Assembly: GCA_010909165.1 (NCBI GenBank)
Contig: MU008166.1
Coordinates: 1,178,001-1,242,000, forward strand
Direction: 5' to 3'
DNA length: 64,000 nt
Source of the DNA: Anthoceros angustus
Taxonomy: Eukaryota > Plantae > Anthocerotophyta
Each line of letters begins with the position of its first letter. Position 1 is the stretch's first letter. The position numbers and the translations under genes are program-made. Below the pieces are notes generated by a model. That model was not told the origin of the DNA and did no database searches. It saw nothing but the letters and a program-made list of their open reading frames with translations. This document shows, in pieces, positions 52,067 through 64,000 of this stretch.

Positions 52067-53571
52067 AATTGTACAGACATACATGTGGCGCATATTGTTT
52101 TGTACATGTAAGAAAATCAGCACCATCATTTAATTTTACACTAATTCATACCTGAGAATCCAACCGCCCGATGAATGCTCTCAGACTTTGCTTGGTGTAA
52201 CCATGGTGAGGATAATCTGAGCACTAACAACACAAAAGTTCATGATAAGTCCTTAAGTTACTATCAAACTACGATCTATTACTAATTAAGTACTAAACCT
52301 TGTTACTAATTAAGTACTAAAATTCCTCCCCTAAAGTTACAAGTAAAAGAAAATAAGAATAAGTAATATGCAATAACTACAAATTTCATATGAACACAAG
52401 AAAAAAGTCTATAGGCACCTGCGTAAAATAATCAGTGAAAATAATTTTGAAAACTAGTAGTATTCCCTTTCTCTGAGACTACATATATAAAGCAAATTAT
52501 AATCTAAGTTCCGATCTCATCTATTATTTTACCGCTGTTGTTTGAGGTTCTATTTTTTTTATGTTTTATTCTCTTTTTTATTTTTATTTTTCATTCTTTT
52601 TTTTTTTTGCTTTGTTACGCCTTAATTTTTGTTGTGCTAGTGCTTTAATTTATATTATTGTAGTAAATTATTTTTACCGTTTGGCCATGAAATTTGAAAA
52701 TGGAGATAAGATGAGAATCCCAATGCTTATGTATTTACAAGTAAAGCCCAAAATAGGTTAAACCCTCCTATTCTAGAACGTAAAGTCTCTCTACGACTAA
52801 CCTCTTATCCTACAAGTCTAGATTTGTTTTCTCCCCTACGTGGTTTGATAGTCGAATCCATCCTTGAAATCATAATATGATGAGTAGTTCTTTATGTAAA
52901 GTGTACAAATTGGATGGTCTCATCTACACTAAAGTAGTGGGGGCTCCTTATTGCCGCTTGCACCCAACACTATTGGGCACCTTGATAATGATTTCGGTGC
53001 CGTGAACTAGATGTAGGAATGGCTCCTTTTGATGAAAGTTGAAGTCTCTGACTTTGTTGCAACCCTAATGCTTATTGTGGTTCTCTTACTGCAGAAAGCT
53101 CATCGAACTACTAAGCCAAACAACCACTTGGATCTTGATGGCAAACCAATGACCATTGAGGCAATTGATGTGCGAATGATGATGCAAGCGGCAAAACAAC
53201 GACCCCTAAATGGAACTGTGGCTGCACATTTTAGAGGAAGAGGAGGAGAGCAACGAGCTCTTGCCATAGTCAAAAGTGCATAGGTCTTGGATGCGGAGCT
53301 AGATGTGCACCATGGTCAAGTGATGCAAGATTGCACATCACAAGACTTCATGTCAGCACAATTTGGCTGTCTGCAAATTTAAGGGTGAGAACAGGAAGGG
53401 CCTGATATGTATGTAATATGGTTGTATGTTTCTTTGTTGTTGCAAAGAATAGAATAATTAAATAAATAATTTATATCTACTATGCTACTGAAAAATAATC
53501 ACTATACTAAACATGTATACGTACAATACCTAGAGGTTAAGAAGTTTCATAGTATACAATTAATAACCTAT

Positions 53572-54312
53572 AAGAAGAAGAAGAAGAATTTTATTTAAGT
53601 CCACTAAGGACGGATTTTCGTCATGGGACTGCAATATGGCAACTACATAGATTGCGATAAAATGGTCTAGACGAATGCAAAGGTAAAATTCAAACAAGAC
53701 GAATAATTTTCAATCAATCAACAATGTCAATGAAATGCGTGAAAGAGGGCTAAACACCACCAATTCATCCCCACGAAAGAAACCCACTTGACCTGCAGCA
53801 TGAGCAGCACTGAAAGCGGGTCACTTCTTCTCCTTAGTCTTCTATTACAATGGGGTAAGATCAGCATTGATATATAACTGAGTTGTCTGTAACACTGACC
53901 TAGCCTTCATGACCTAAAGGTGATCATCCATAGAGTGAAAAGTCATAATCAATATGCGCTTTCTACCAAGATCCTTTCCAAGCCAAAAGGCTCGAGCAAC
54001 GACCAGATCGACCTCTAGCCTATTGAGAAACTCCTTTGCAGCCACAAGTGGTGCAACAATGTCATTACCAAGACTAGAAATTCTCAAGTTCAAAGCACGA
54101 CGAGCACTATCCGCCCTCTCAGAAACAACTTCTGAAACTGTGTTGCCACTAGGACAAGAAGGAGTAGGGGGATCGATATCATTAACCCCTAAGGGGTTTT
54201 TACCAGTAACAGCGTCTGGGTAGAAAGGGGTTTCTCCAGTAACCCTTTTTTGCACAAGGACTTCCGCAAACCCCAAATTGCATGTTAAAAAATCCGCACT
54301 AAAATCGGCCAT
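53572..54312 (-). mobile_element. LINE-ORF1-like element (diverged copy 3) with AATAAA + (TTC)n tail
   Basis: ORF 53914-54312 ...LGRKRILIMTFHSMDDHL*VMKARSVLQTTQLYINADLTPL; the minus strand ends cttaaataaaattcttcttcttcttctt. Confidence 0.55.
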
Positions 54313-54559
54313 TTTGAAGAGTTTAGGTCTTGTTCACACGTGCACAAACATAATTGATTTTAAACTTTATCCAATTCTAAGCCTTCCTAAAAGAAGGTCA
54401 TCTTCACAACTGGCACGTGTACAAACATTTAGAGTTTTTAGGGCTTGTTGTGATTCTGGTGCGCAAACTTATTTGCGCATCAACCTTTCACTCGTACCAG
54501 TCAATCCTAAGACTATACTCTCGCTCTGGGAATTCTACAGGACTTTATTTCTTAGACAT

Positions 54560-56017
54560 TGGGACAATGATATCTTCGTTGACCTGATGCTCTTCTTGCC
54601 GCAGTACTACAGCTCCCCAAATGAGGACCCGGATAACCACCTCTATCTATTTTGAAAGACGCTAAAAGCCCGCATGATGGGTACAGAGAAAAAGTACATA
54701 AAGTTCTTTCCTGCCTTGCTGCAGAGAGAGTCTGAAGTATGGTTTGAGACTTTGGAAGATTCTCTTGGCCTTGACTGGAATGCTTGGTGTTCTTCCTTTC
54801 TCACAAAATTTGGGAGCGAATCCTTCCACAAAGAATGCAAAGACCAGCTCGACTACCTGTACTAGGAGAGCCGCGAGAGCATTGCCGACTACGTGGACAG
54901 GACTCGAACGTTGGTGAAGAAACTCTGGTACACTACGGAAAGGAAACTCAAGAAGGTCAAAAGGAAATTCATCCATGGCCTACGGAATGAATTCTACACA
55001 TCGCGCACAAAAGTTGAAGAGAAGAATTTGAATGAAGCAATTGAATTGGCGATATTGAAGAGTAAAGTGTTCACACGTACCCGAGCTGCCAAGCCATAAG
55101 ATCCTGACTGTGGGAGAAGCAGGAGTTGTTCTCGGGATCGAGATTCATCTGGATCTGAAAGCCCCGTACGAGAACCCAAGTTTGAAAAGCCGGTGATGCT
55201 GCCTGCTCACAGAGAACAAGAAAGCGGCGGGAGCCAGAATGCAGCACTGCTGAGAAAGGTGGCAGAGCTCAAAGCCTTGGTCAACAGAAATAGTCTTGAG
55301 AAGATCCATGAACCCATTCTACCGAAAGTTTGCGAGCCATGTAAAAAGTGTGGTGCGATAGAACACACAATTGGGTATTGCATGGCAACCCCCTGCATTA
55401 ACTGTGGAGAAACCGGACATGTTGAGTGGCGCTGCCCAAGGAACCCGTCGTCAAGCAATCGTGGAAGAGGAAGAGACCATGGCCGTCGCTCATCAACAAC
55501 GTATCGCCCAGATGCATGGGGAGGTCCAATGCTTGCCCCAACAGAAGAAGAGGAAGTAGCTGTGAGAGGAGTCTTCGCTGAAGCAAGCACCGTGTCAAGG
55601 CCAATTGAGCGAACAGCACCCGCGCTTGCCGCCATCATGGAAGAAGGCAAGCGTGTGCGGGAATCTAATGATGAAGATGTTGACTTGAAGCCTAGAGGAA
55701 AGATGGCGAAGAAGGAGGGGGTGGTGACCGGCCCTGAAGTGGAGATGGAGGACGTAGATGCAGCTGCCAAGACCAAGAGACGAAGGCCGAAGGGTGCTGC
55801 CGTGTCGCCTGTAGCTCGAGGAGTTCCCACATACTCCCTTCTAGAAGACATCACTGATCGAGAAGTAAAGATGACGTTCAGACAATTGTTTGGCATCTTG
55901 CCCGCTGCCAAACGGGAGATGACCGCCGCCCTGAGCACACGTGAATCCAAATCAAAGAAAGGAAAGGCGAAAGCAAAGGACGGTGCTGATCCTTTCTTTG
56001 ATTTGGATCAAAACTAA
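54560..56017 (+). pseudogene. Ty3/gypsy-type Gag relic with two CCHC zinc knuckles; no pol detected
   Basis: One frame throughout: EDPDNHL..F, WFETL...W....FLTKF, ESIADY, KFIHGL, CKKCGAIEHTIGYC and CINCGETGHVEWRC. In-frame stops at 54653, 54863 and 55097. Confidence 0.85.
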
Positions 56018-56832
56018 TCTTAGGCTCGTCAGTGGCGGCGAGGCGCTTTATTCGTGCACGACCACGGCGCGATTGGTTGCTGAGCCTGCTAATGGGGTCC
56101 CATGAGCACGCTCACGGCATAGCTTCCCGACTGCCTAAGCTAGACACACCAAAAGTCCTCACAAGCCTCTTTCATCCTCGATCAGATGAAAGTCCATCTT
56201 GGAACCCCTCGGAACCCAAAGCCATACCTACATTTGAAGCAAAACCATGCTATGCTAGCTGAAACAACTTCCTTCCACTTACCGCTTCTAGTCCCGCAAC
56301 ACAAAACCTTCCTCAGGCTGCATTTGCTCCGGAGGAGGCAAAACAGCTCCGTTGTTGGTCGGCTTGCTTGTATCCTCCTCCGCTAAGGTATAGAGGCCGT
56401 GGCCTCCCTCGTACGCTTGGAAGATCTTGCCATTAGGATGCTTGTCGGTGGAGAAGTCGAGCCCTTCGTTGAAATCGGTATGACACTCTGCTCGGAAAGA
56501 ATCAGAGTAGGAAGGCTGTTTGGCAGCCTCGTCGTCGAAGGCGGTGTAGGAGTGCTTAGAGCGGTGATGGCCGAATTACCCATTGGTGCCTGTGAAGGGC
56601 GAGTCCGTACCATCGGTCTCCACAAGATCGTCTGCAGTCTCTAGGAACTGATCTGGAGTGCTCCTGAAGGACCAGACGGTAGACCCAGATCGTATTCAAA
56701 GTCGAAGGGCTGCGAGCCCGAGCTAACATCGTTGTCGTAGGTCACCATGCCTGCAGATGATAGCGTCACAGCCAGCTCCTACTCCCGATTGTGCGCCCTG
56801 GTCACCCTGCCCAGTTGGCGCTTCAGCTGACT

Positions 56833-57040
56833 GCATCTGCCACGTTAGAGTTTCAACTTTGTGGACATAGCCAGCTCTGCATCCGCCACGCTAGAGTTTC
56901 AACTTTGTGGACATAGCCAGCTGGAGTGGCAGGGTAGGGACATCACAAAAAAAAAGGGGGCGAAACTTCTGGACATCACAAAAAAAAGGGGGTGAAACTT
57001 GTGGACATCACGAAAAAAAAAGGGGTGAAACTTCTGGATG
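56833..57040. repeat. Short tandem units: ~46-bp x2 (catc.gccacg.tagagtttcaactttgtggacatagccagct) and ~32-bp x3 (ggacatcacaaaaaaaagggg.gaaactt)
   Basis: Direct reading; probably subterminal repeats of a TE. Confidence 0.8.
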
Positions 57041-57390
57041 TCCCAAACGGCATGCCATGAGGACATCGTTGTTTTGCATTAAAGCGTCACACGTAGGTAG
57101 TCCTCCTACAGGACCTAGGCTCATGCCTCGAAAGGGCGTCCACTTGTCCGGAAGCGTCCCACTTTAGGCTCACTGCGAGTCGGTTCCTTTGCCTATTGAT
57201 CTGTATCGGGCTTTTACAGAGAGTAGCTTTAAGACGACCCCATTTGTTTTGTTGTCCACGGAAACGCAGAGTTATACTGTTGTTGAGACGGATAGACTGA
57301 GTCATCTGCCCGAGATACAAGCGATATCGAGGCCTCGCAACGCCGGACGCTCCTCCGTCTGAAGGCAAGTTATGGTGCGCAATTGTGAAG

Positions 57391-59225
<1,835 letters not shown>

Positions 59226-59270
59226 GTAAGATTAGATGCAGCTGTTGAATACCTAGCCGTTAGTACCCCT

Positions 59271-60173
59271 TTAGTCCTTTAGAGCAAAGCATAACAATCT
59301 GAGCGCACTGGAGGAAGCAGACATGGAGCTTTCCAGCTCAAGAGGAAACATTGCCTTGATATATTCCAGCAGAGTGTTACTTTCTCCAGCAGAGGCCTGC
59401 GTGCTGGCATCAGAGGGATAGACACCCTTCAGCTCAAACCCATGCTCAGCAGCGGTGCTGATAATGTCAGCCTCAGCAACATGTCTAATGAGGTGACACA
59501 GAATCAGGACGCCATCGGCAGGACCGCTCTGGAGCAAGCATCCAGCTGTTTCAAAGAGACGAGGAACAGCTTCTGCGACGTAAGTAACATCAGTCCCGAT
59601 AACCACGTCAATCCCCATTGCGGCTTCCTCACTGTGCGTCACACCCTCAAGATCCTCTGCCTCTCCCCACAAAAGCTTCTTGCAAGCAATCCGGTGCACG
59701 GGAAACTCTCGTGCATTCAGGTGCAAGTTCTCTCGCAGCAGCTCCAAAGCCGCCGGGTCCCCGTCCGTGGCAATCACTCTATCAGCATGAAGCGCAGCAA
59801 CAAGAGAGCACATGCCCACACATCCACAGCCGACCTCAAGCACAGTCTTCTTTGCAACCAGCGATGGATTCGCTGCCAGAAGCGCACCCAGCGCGTAAGC
59901 AGACTCCCATACCATCAACCCAGTGCTTTTAAAAGTATGCTGGTTCTCCTTGGACAGGCACTTCGCCTGGATTGTGTAGCTGCCCACCTGGAAGTCGAAC
60001 TTCTGCAACAACGAAGAAGTCAGTTCAACACAACGGCAGAAGCTTTCTGGCATTAGAGACAAAGCTAAATCAACACCTCTTGTGCTAACCTCAGGATCAC
60101 ATGGCTCTCCAAACAGGTGCCCATCGAAGCTCTCAGACAGATCCACTTCTACCCAGCTTAGCTTGGGCTCCAT
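59271..60173 (-). CDS. SAM-dependent methyltransferase, Methyltransf_16/METTL21-like, intronless, 300 aa
   Basis: TGLMVWESA, motif I VLEVGCGCVG, VIATDGD, LLWG and DVVIGTDVTY. Confidence 0.88.
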   Translation of the reverse strand: MEPKLSWVEVDLSESFDGHLFGEPCDPEVSTRGVDLALSLMPESFCRCVELTSSLLQKFDFQVGSYTIQAKCLSKENQHTFKSTGLMVWESAYALGALLAANPSLVAKKTVLEVGCGCVGMCSLVAALHADRVIATDGDPAALELLRENLHLNAREFPVHRIACKKLLWGEAEDLEGVTHSEEAAMGIDVVIGTDVTYVAEAVPRLFETAGCLLQSGPADGVLILCHLIRHVAEADIISTAAEHGFELKGVYPSDASTQASAGESNTLLEYIKAMFPLELESSMSASSSALRLLCFALKD

Positions 60174-60851
60174 CCTCGAGACACCAAACCAGAGTTGGAA
60201 ACAGGCACAGAAACAGACTCAAAGCCCTAATCTCATCAGCTGTCGTTTCTGTCCTCACAGATTCAGATCCGATCCAAAGACCACAACCCACCTGGCGGTC
60301 GAGAGAGAATCCCCCAGTTCCAACGGGGCGGCCACAGCTGACAACAGTTTTCAGTCACGCTGTTGATTCTGTTTTTCTATGGACGCCGTGCTCCAGGCCC
60401 CTGCACTTTTTGTGCGTCTCGTGCTGCTTTGAGAGAAATCTTGCCCGAACTCTGTGTGATTTTGGGTGGAGAAGCTTTCTTGCGCTGTTACCGGGTTGTG
60501 AATCAGCTGCGCCGGGTCTCTCTGGCGATTTCTTCTCCAACGCGGCAAGGATAGGATCTGAGGACGAGAGGCTGCGAATTCCACCGTAATTGGTGGGCGC
60601 TGGGCTGGGGCTGGGACTGGGAGCGCCAACGGGACCTGGCGAAATGGTGCTGTACTGGGTGCTGTAGTAGAAAGAGTGCACAGGCAGGTAAGTTACAGGA
60701 GCATACGTGTGTGGGGCTATTGGTTGGACAATGCTTGGACAATTCAGGATTGAATAGGAGGACCAGCTTTCACACCTCCCGCATTGTTGTTACCAGGCCT
60801 GGAGGATCTGCAGCCAGGAGCCTTGTTTGCATTCATTAACCAGCAGAAGAG

Positions 60852-62367
60852 ATGTGTGTGCCGCATTCACTGTCGAATTTACATTCGCTCAGCGCCCTGC
60901 AGGAGGAAGTGAAGGTGGTGCCCCTGCTTAGCTTTCATTCTGTTGGATGCTCCGGAAACGTTCAAATCGCCAGAAGGGTCGCAGCTATGAAAGAGACTCT
61001 TGTAGCAAATAAGAGAAGTATGGTGGATAGGCGGTTGGGTACGAACAAGAGGAGGGATTTGGGATTTGGGAGTAGAAGGGTGTATGCTACGAACCTGACT
61101 AGGGATGGAGAAACAGATAGGGAGGTGGACACGCAGGAGGCGACGGTGGTTGACAGCTCCAAAAAGCTTCTTACTCTTCCAACTATTCTGACCTTGGCCC
61201 GTATTGCTGCCATCCCTGCCTTGCTGGCTGGTAAGTGACACTGGGCATGTTCGCATTCAAGATGATTCCTTTTGTACCCCAGCTTTGTGTGACGTATGCT
61301 GCTGATGGGCCTCAGATTGGTTGTTGCAGTGTTTTACAGTCCATCCTGGTGGTCCACAGCAGGAGGAGCAGCCATTTTTGTCGTTGCTTCTTTGACGGAC
61401 TGGCTTGATGGATACCTTGCCAGAAAGGTGTGTTTTAAATCTCCACTGGGATAACAGCAAGAATGTGTGTAGAATGCATTCTTTGAGCCAATGCGTTCAG
61501 TGTTTACGCAACCTGAACAATACTGTGTGCCTGAAGATGAAAACCAACTCTGCATTTGGAGCGTTCCTGGATCCAGTCGCGGACAAAGTGAGTATTTCAG
61601 CTGTCCTTGTGCTCTCTCATGGGTTGCGTGGATTTAACTTGTGCAAGAGCTCATCGTGCGTGTGTCATCCTTGGTTCCCAGCTCATGGTGGCGACTGCTC
61701 TAATACTGCTATGTACAAGGCCTCTGCACATGGAATGGGCAAGGACAGCTTCGTGGCTGATCCCTATTCCTGCCATCGCCATAATCAGTAGAGAGGTGCC
61801 TATATCTCGCGCCTTGACACGTTGTTTACGAGTGAATCTTCTGCTTTAAATTGGCTGCTTTCGGCACCTGATGAGAGCTTGCTTCTGGGTAGCAGATCAC
61901 AATGTCGGCCGTGCGGGAATGGGCTGCTTCTCAGGGTGGCGATGTCCACAAGGTGATCTGTCTGCCTCTCTCTCCAGGAGCTTCCAGACCTTGATGGTGC
62001 TTTGTATTGCCTTCAGCCTGAAAGCGTTGCTCCGACAGAGCTTCTCTTTGTCATGCTTTGACTGCAGGCTGTAGCCGTCAATAACATTGGAAAATGGAAG
62101 ACAGCCTCTCAAATGGTTGCACTGACACTTCTGCTGATCGCCAAAGATGGCAGGTGCGGCTCCAGTCTCTTGCTCGCTCTTCTATTGTTCACTCTGTGCA
62201 CCTGGGGAATACGGAAATGACTCCTTGTGATCTTCTGTGATAACAGCTTTGATGCAGGAGGGTGGATTTCAGTTTCTGGTCTGGGTTTGCTCTACATGGC
62301 TGGAGTCCTTGCTTGGTGGTCCCTGGCCATATATATGAAGGCTATTTGGGGAAGTTTTTCGAAGTAA
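60852..62367 (+). CDS. PGPS: CDP-diacylglycerol--glycerol-3-phosphate 3-phosphatidyltransferase; exons ~60852-61230, 61330-61427, 61537-61587, 61682-61795, 61896-61952, 62068-62153, 62247-62367
   Basis: LLTLPTILTLAR, the CDP-alcohol phosphotransferase motif DWLDGYLARK...FGAFLDPVADK, REITMSAVREW and GKWKTASQM. The start codon is uncertain. Confidence 0.92.
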
Positions 62368-62552
62368 ACAGACTGTCCTCAGCCTGGGTATTCACAGTAA
62401 AAATCACCGTCCACCAGCACACTCAATAGCAGCAGCATATCGCTTATTACTGACCTAATTATTTGAAAAATTCCATGAAAGTGTTTCACTATTCTGCACT
62501 ACATCACTGCCTACAGAATCTCGCATCACGTCCAAATGAGCAACAGACGTGT

Positions 62553-62827
62553 TCAGCGCTTGCTCTTGCCCATGCTCAGAAGCCCAGCAACCGAGGCACA
62601 ATGCGTGGACTTGTAGCTGCACTTCTCGCAGCAGCTCTGCAGTTTCTCCACTGCATCCAGACATCTGCGAATCGACATCCAGACTCAGCCTCCTCAATTG
62701 CAGCTTTCACACCGAAAAGAGCATCAACATCTCCGCAGGTGCACCTGTCAGTGCGAAAATTGTTCTTCACGAGACAGTTTTGAATGTTGCAAGCTTCCTG
62801 CTTGCATGGCTCCTTCTTCGGCGGCAT
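62553..62827 (-). CDS. CMC4: Cx9C-motif mitochondrial intermembrane protein CMC4/MTCP1-like, 64 aa; exons 62827-62745 and 62664-62553
   Basis: Spliced (GT-AG, 80-nt intron): MPPKKEPCKQEACNIQNCLVKNNFRTDRCLDAVEKLQSCCEKCSYKSTHCASVAGLLSMGKSKR. Confidence 0.85.
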
Positions 62828-63102
62828 CCAGAACTACTCTCGTCTACCTTCAGATACAATTCAGACGTATACCGTCAGAAACAACCCTAAACCATCGACT
62901 CGTCAACAACAATAATCCTCGCCTTCCAGGTCCGATTCACGCTTACAACCACAATTATAGCAGAAATTGAAGCCAGAACCGAACAAAAGCAGAGCATCCG
63001 AGGTCCAGACAACATCCTCCAGCAATTTGCGGTGACTAACCAACCTCATAGCAGAGGAGATGAGCAAAAAGAACCACACCTTGAGCGCAAATTCGCAGGA
63101 AT

Positions 63103-63279
63103 TCAGTCGAGGTCGGTGTCATCAAAATCGTCCGCAAAGTTATCGAAGAAGTTGCCGAAAACGATGATCGGAGGTTCAGCACTCGCATCTACGTCACAGT
63201 CTACGTGTCCCACGTCCCCGTCCACCATAGAATCGCCATCAGGCAGCAGCACGACACGCTTCTTCCTCGCCCTCTCCAT
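63103..63279 (-). CDS. SMAP1: Small acidic protein, SMAP1 / CSNAP (COP9 signalosome subunit 9)-like, 58 aa
   Basis: F/D-rich C-terminus FGNFFDNFADDFDDTDLD*, characteristic of SMAP1/CSNAP; acidic body. Confidence 0.75.
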   Translation of the reverse strand: MERARKKRVVLLPDGDSMVDGDVGHVDCDVDASAEPPIIVFGNFFDNFADDFDDTDLD

Positions 63280-63439
63280 GGCCAGAAGACAGAGAGCACT
63301 TCTGTACAATTTCAATAACGAAAGTACGTTTATGGTGGATAGGTTTATCTCAATAAATCAGTACTTATCTAATTAGAAGGGGCCTATTCTAGTCCAACGA
63401 AGAAAAAGAAGTCCATCATAGTCCACTTGGACACACAGT

Positions 63440-64000
63440 TTTAGGGTTTGATTGGCTGGCGGGACGTTGTCGCCAAACAGGTGGAGTACGTGGGAAATGT
63501 TTCCTGTTCAAAACACAGTTTTCCAAATATTCAACCTGCCAGCAGGTTTCATTTTCCAGGGCCCGTCTTTCCTTGGTCTCATGTGGAAGAGATCAGCGGC
63601 CTTATTTTCTCCTCCAATCTCGGTAATGGAGCTCCCGGACTGGTGGAGGAGGCGATCAGAAGCCATCGGAACTGTCGCGGCTTTCCTCCGCTCCATCAGG
63701 TGTGCAGCTACGTATCTGGACAGCAAAAGCCATGTGTTTCTGTGGTTTTCAAATCCGCGTCAGATCCGGGCATCTTCGCACACATGTATACTGGTGGAAA
63801 AGCTTATTTTCGCTTGCTTACAAGGAAGAATCCAAATATACCTAGTGGATTGTGACGAACCAATCCCAGCGTGGCCACAGAACCGTGCTTCTCTCTCATC
63901 ACTTTCCTGACCTGACAAGCTAGTGAATCGTGATGCAGCAGCCAACCCGTACAGCTACAGGATCCATACATAAACTATGGAGGCCGGCATACTAGATCTG
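63440..64000 (+). other. Probable 5' region of a further gene: telo-box-like tttagggttt, possible spliced short ORF, and ATG at 63977 running off the window
   Basis: tttagggttt at ~63441; donor catcag|gtgtgc at ~63700; acceptor ccacag at 63880; atggaggccggcatactagatctg at the end of the window. Confidence 0.35.

Noticed and set aside
54650-55100. Stops repaired by U-to-C editing or readthrough
   Set aside because: U-to-C editing is organellar. This is a nuclear TE relic without pol, so mutation is the simpler explanation.
57100-57120. Hairpin gtcct-cctac-aggac followed by ctag as a Helitron 3' end
   Set aside because: The stem is only 5 bp, there is no spacer before CTAG, and it is not followed by T.
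62576-62827. Unspliced 83-aa ORF from the ORF track
   Set aside because: Removing the 80-nt GT-AG intron restores the CMC4 cysteine pattern, so the spliced model is preferred.

Overview
This is eukaryotic nuclear DNA from a non-seed land plant. A hornwort such as Anthoceros is the best guess, inferred from ~80-130 nt GT-AG introns, very dense gene packing and a PLS-class PPR gene with a WW-type PG box. Bases 1-31 kb and 45-57 kb are mostly decayed transposable elements and repeats: retropepsin and Gag relics, a solo LTR, a LINE-ORF1-like element with a (TTC)n tail, a TIR element with an AATT TSD, a SINE-like insert and minisatellites. Intact-looking genes are methionine gamma-lyase (31470-32735), a small conserved plant protein (38883-39221) and a ~41-motif PLS-E PPR gene (39921-45192, minus) whose N-terminus carries an OSB-type PDF motif. 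A compact cluster follows at 57.4-63.3 kb: enoyl-CoA hydratase, a Methyltransf_16 protein, PGPS, CMC4 and SMAP1/CSNAP. A truncated inverted paralog of the PPR gene, with kilobases of shared upstream repeats, lies at 11.9-22.5 kb. The most interesting leads are the PDF-PPR fusion, a possible SMAP1-CMC4 dicistronic transcript and the repeat-plus-PPR cassette as a route of PPR expansion. Caveat: six near-identical tandem duplications differing mainly by small indels, plus a k-mer mosaic at 47.6-48.7 kb, suggest assembly or consensus artefacts, so copy numbers and frameshifts need read-level checks. Family assignments come from motif recognition only; no database search was run.
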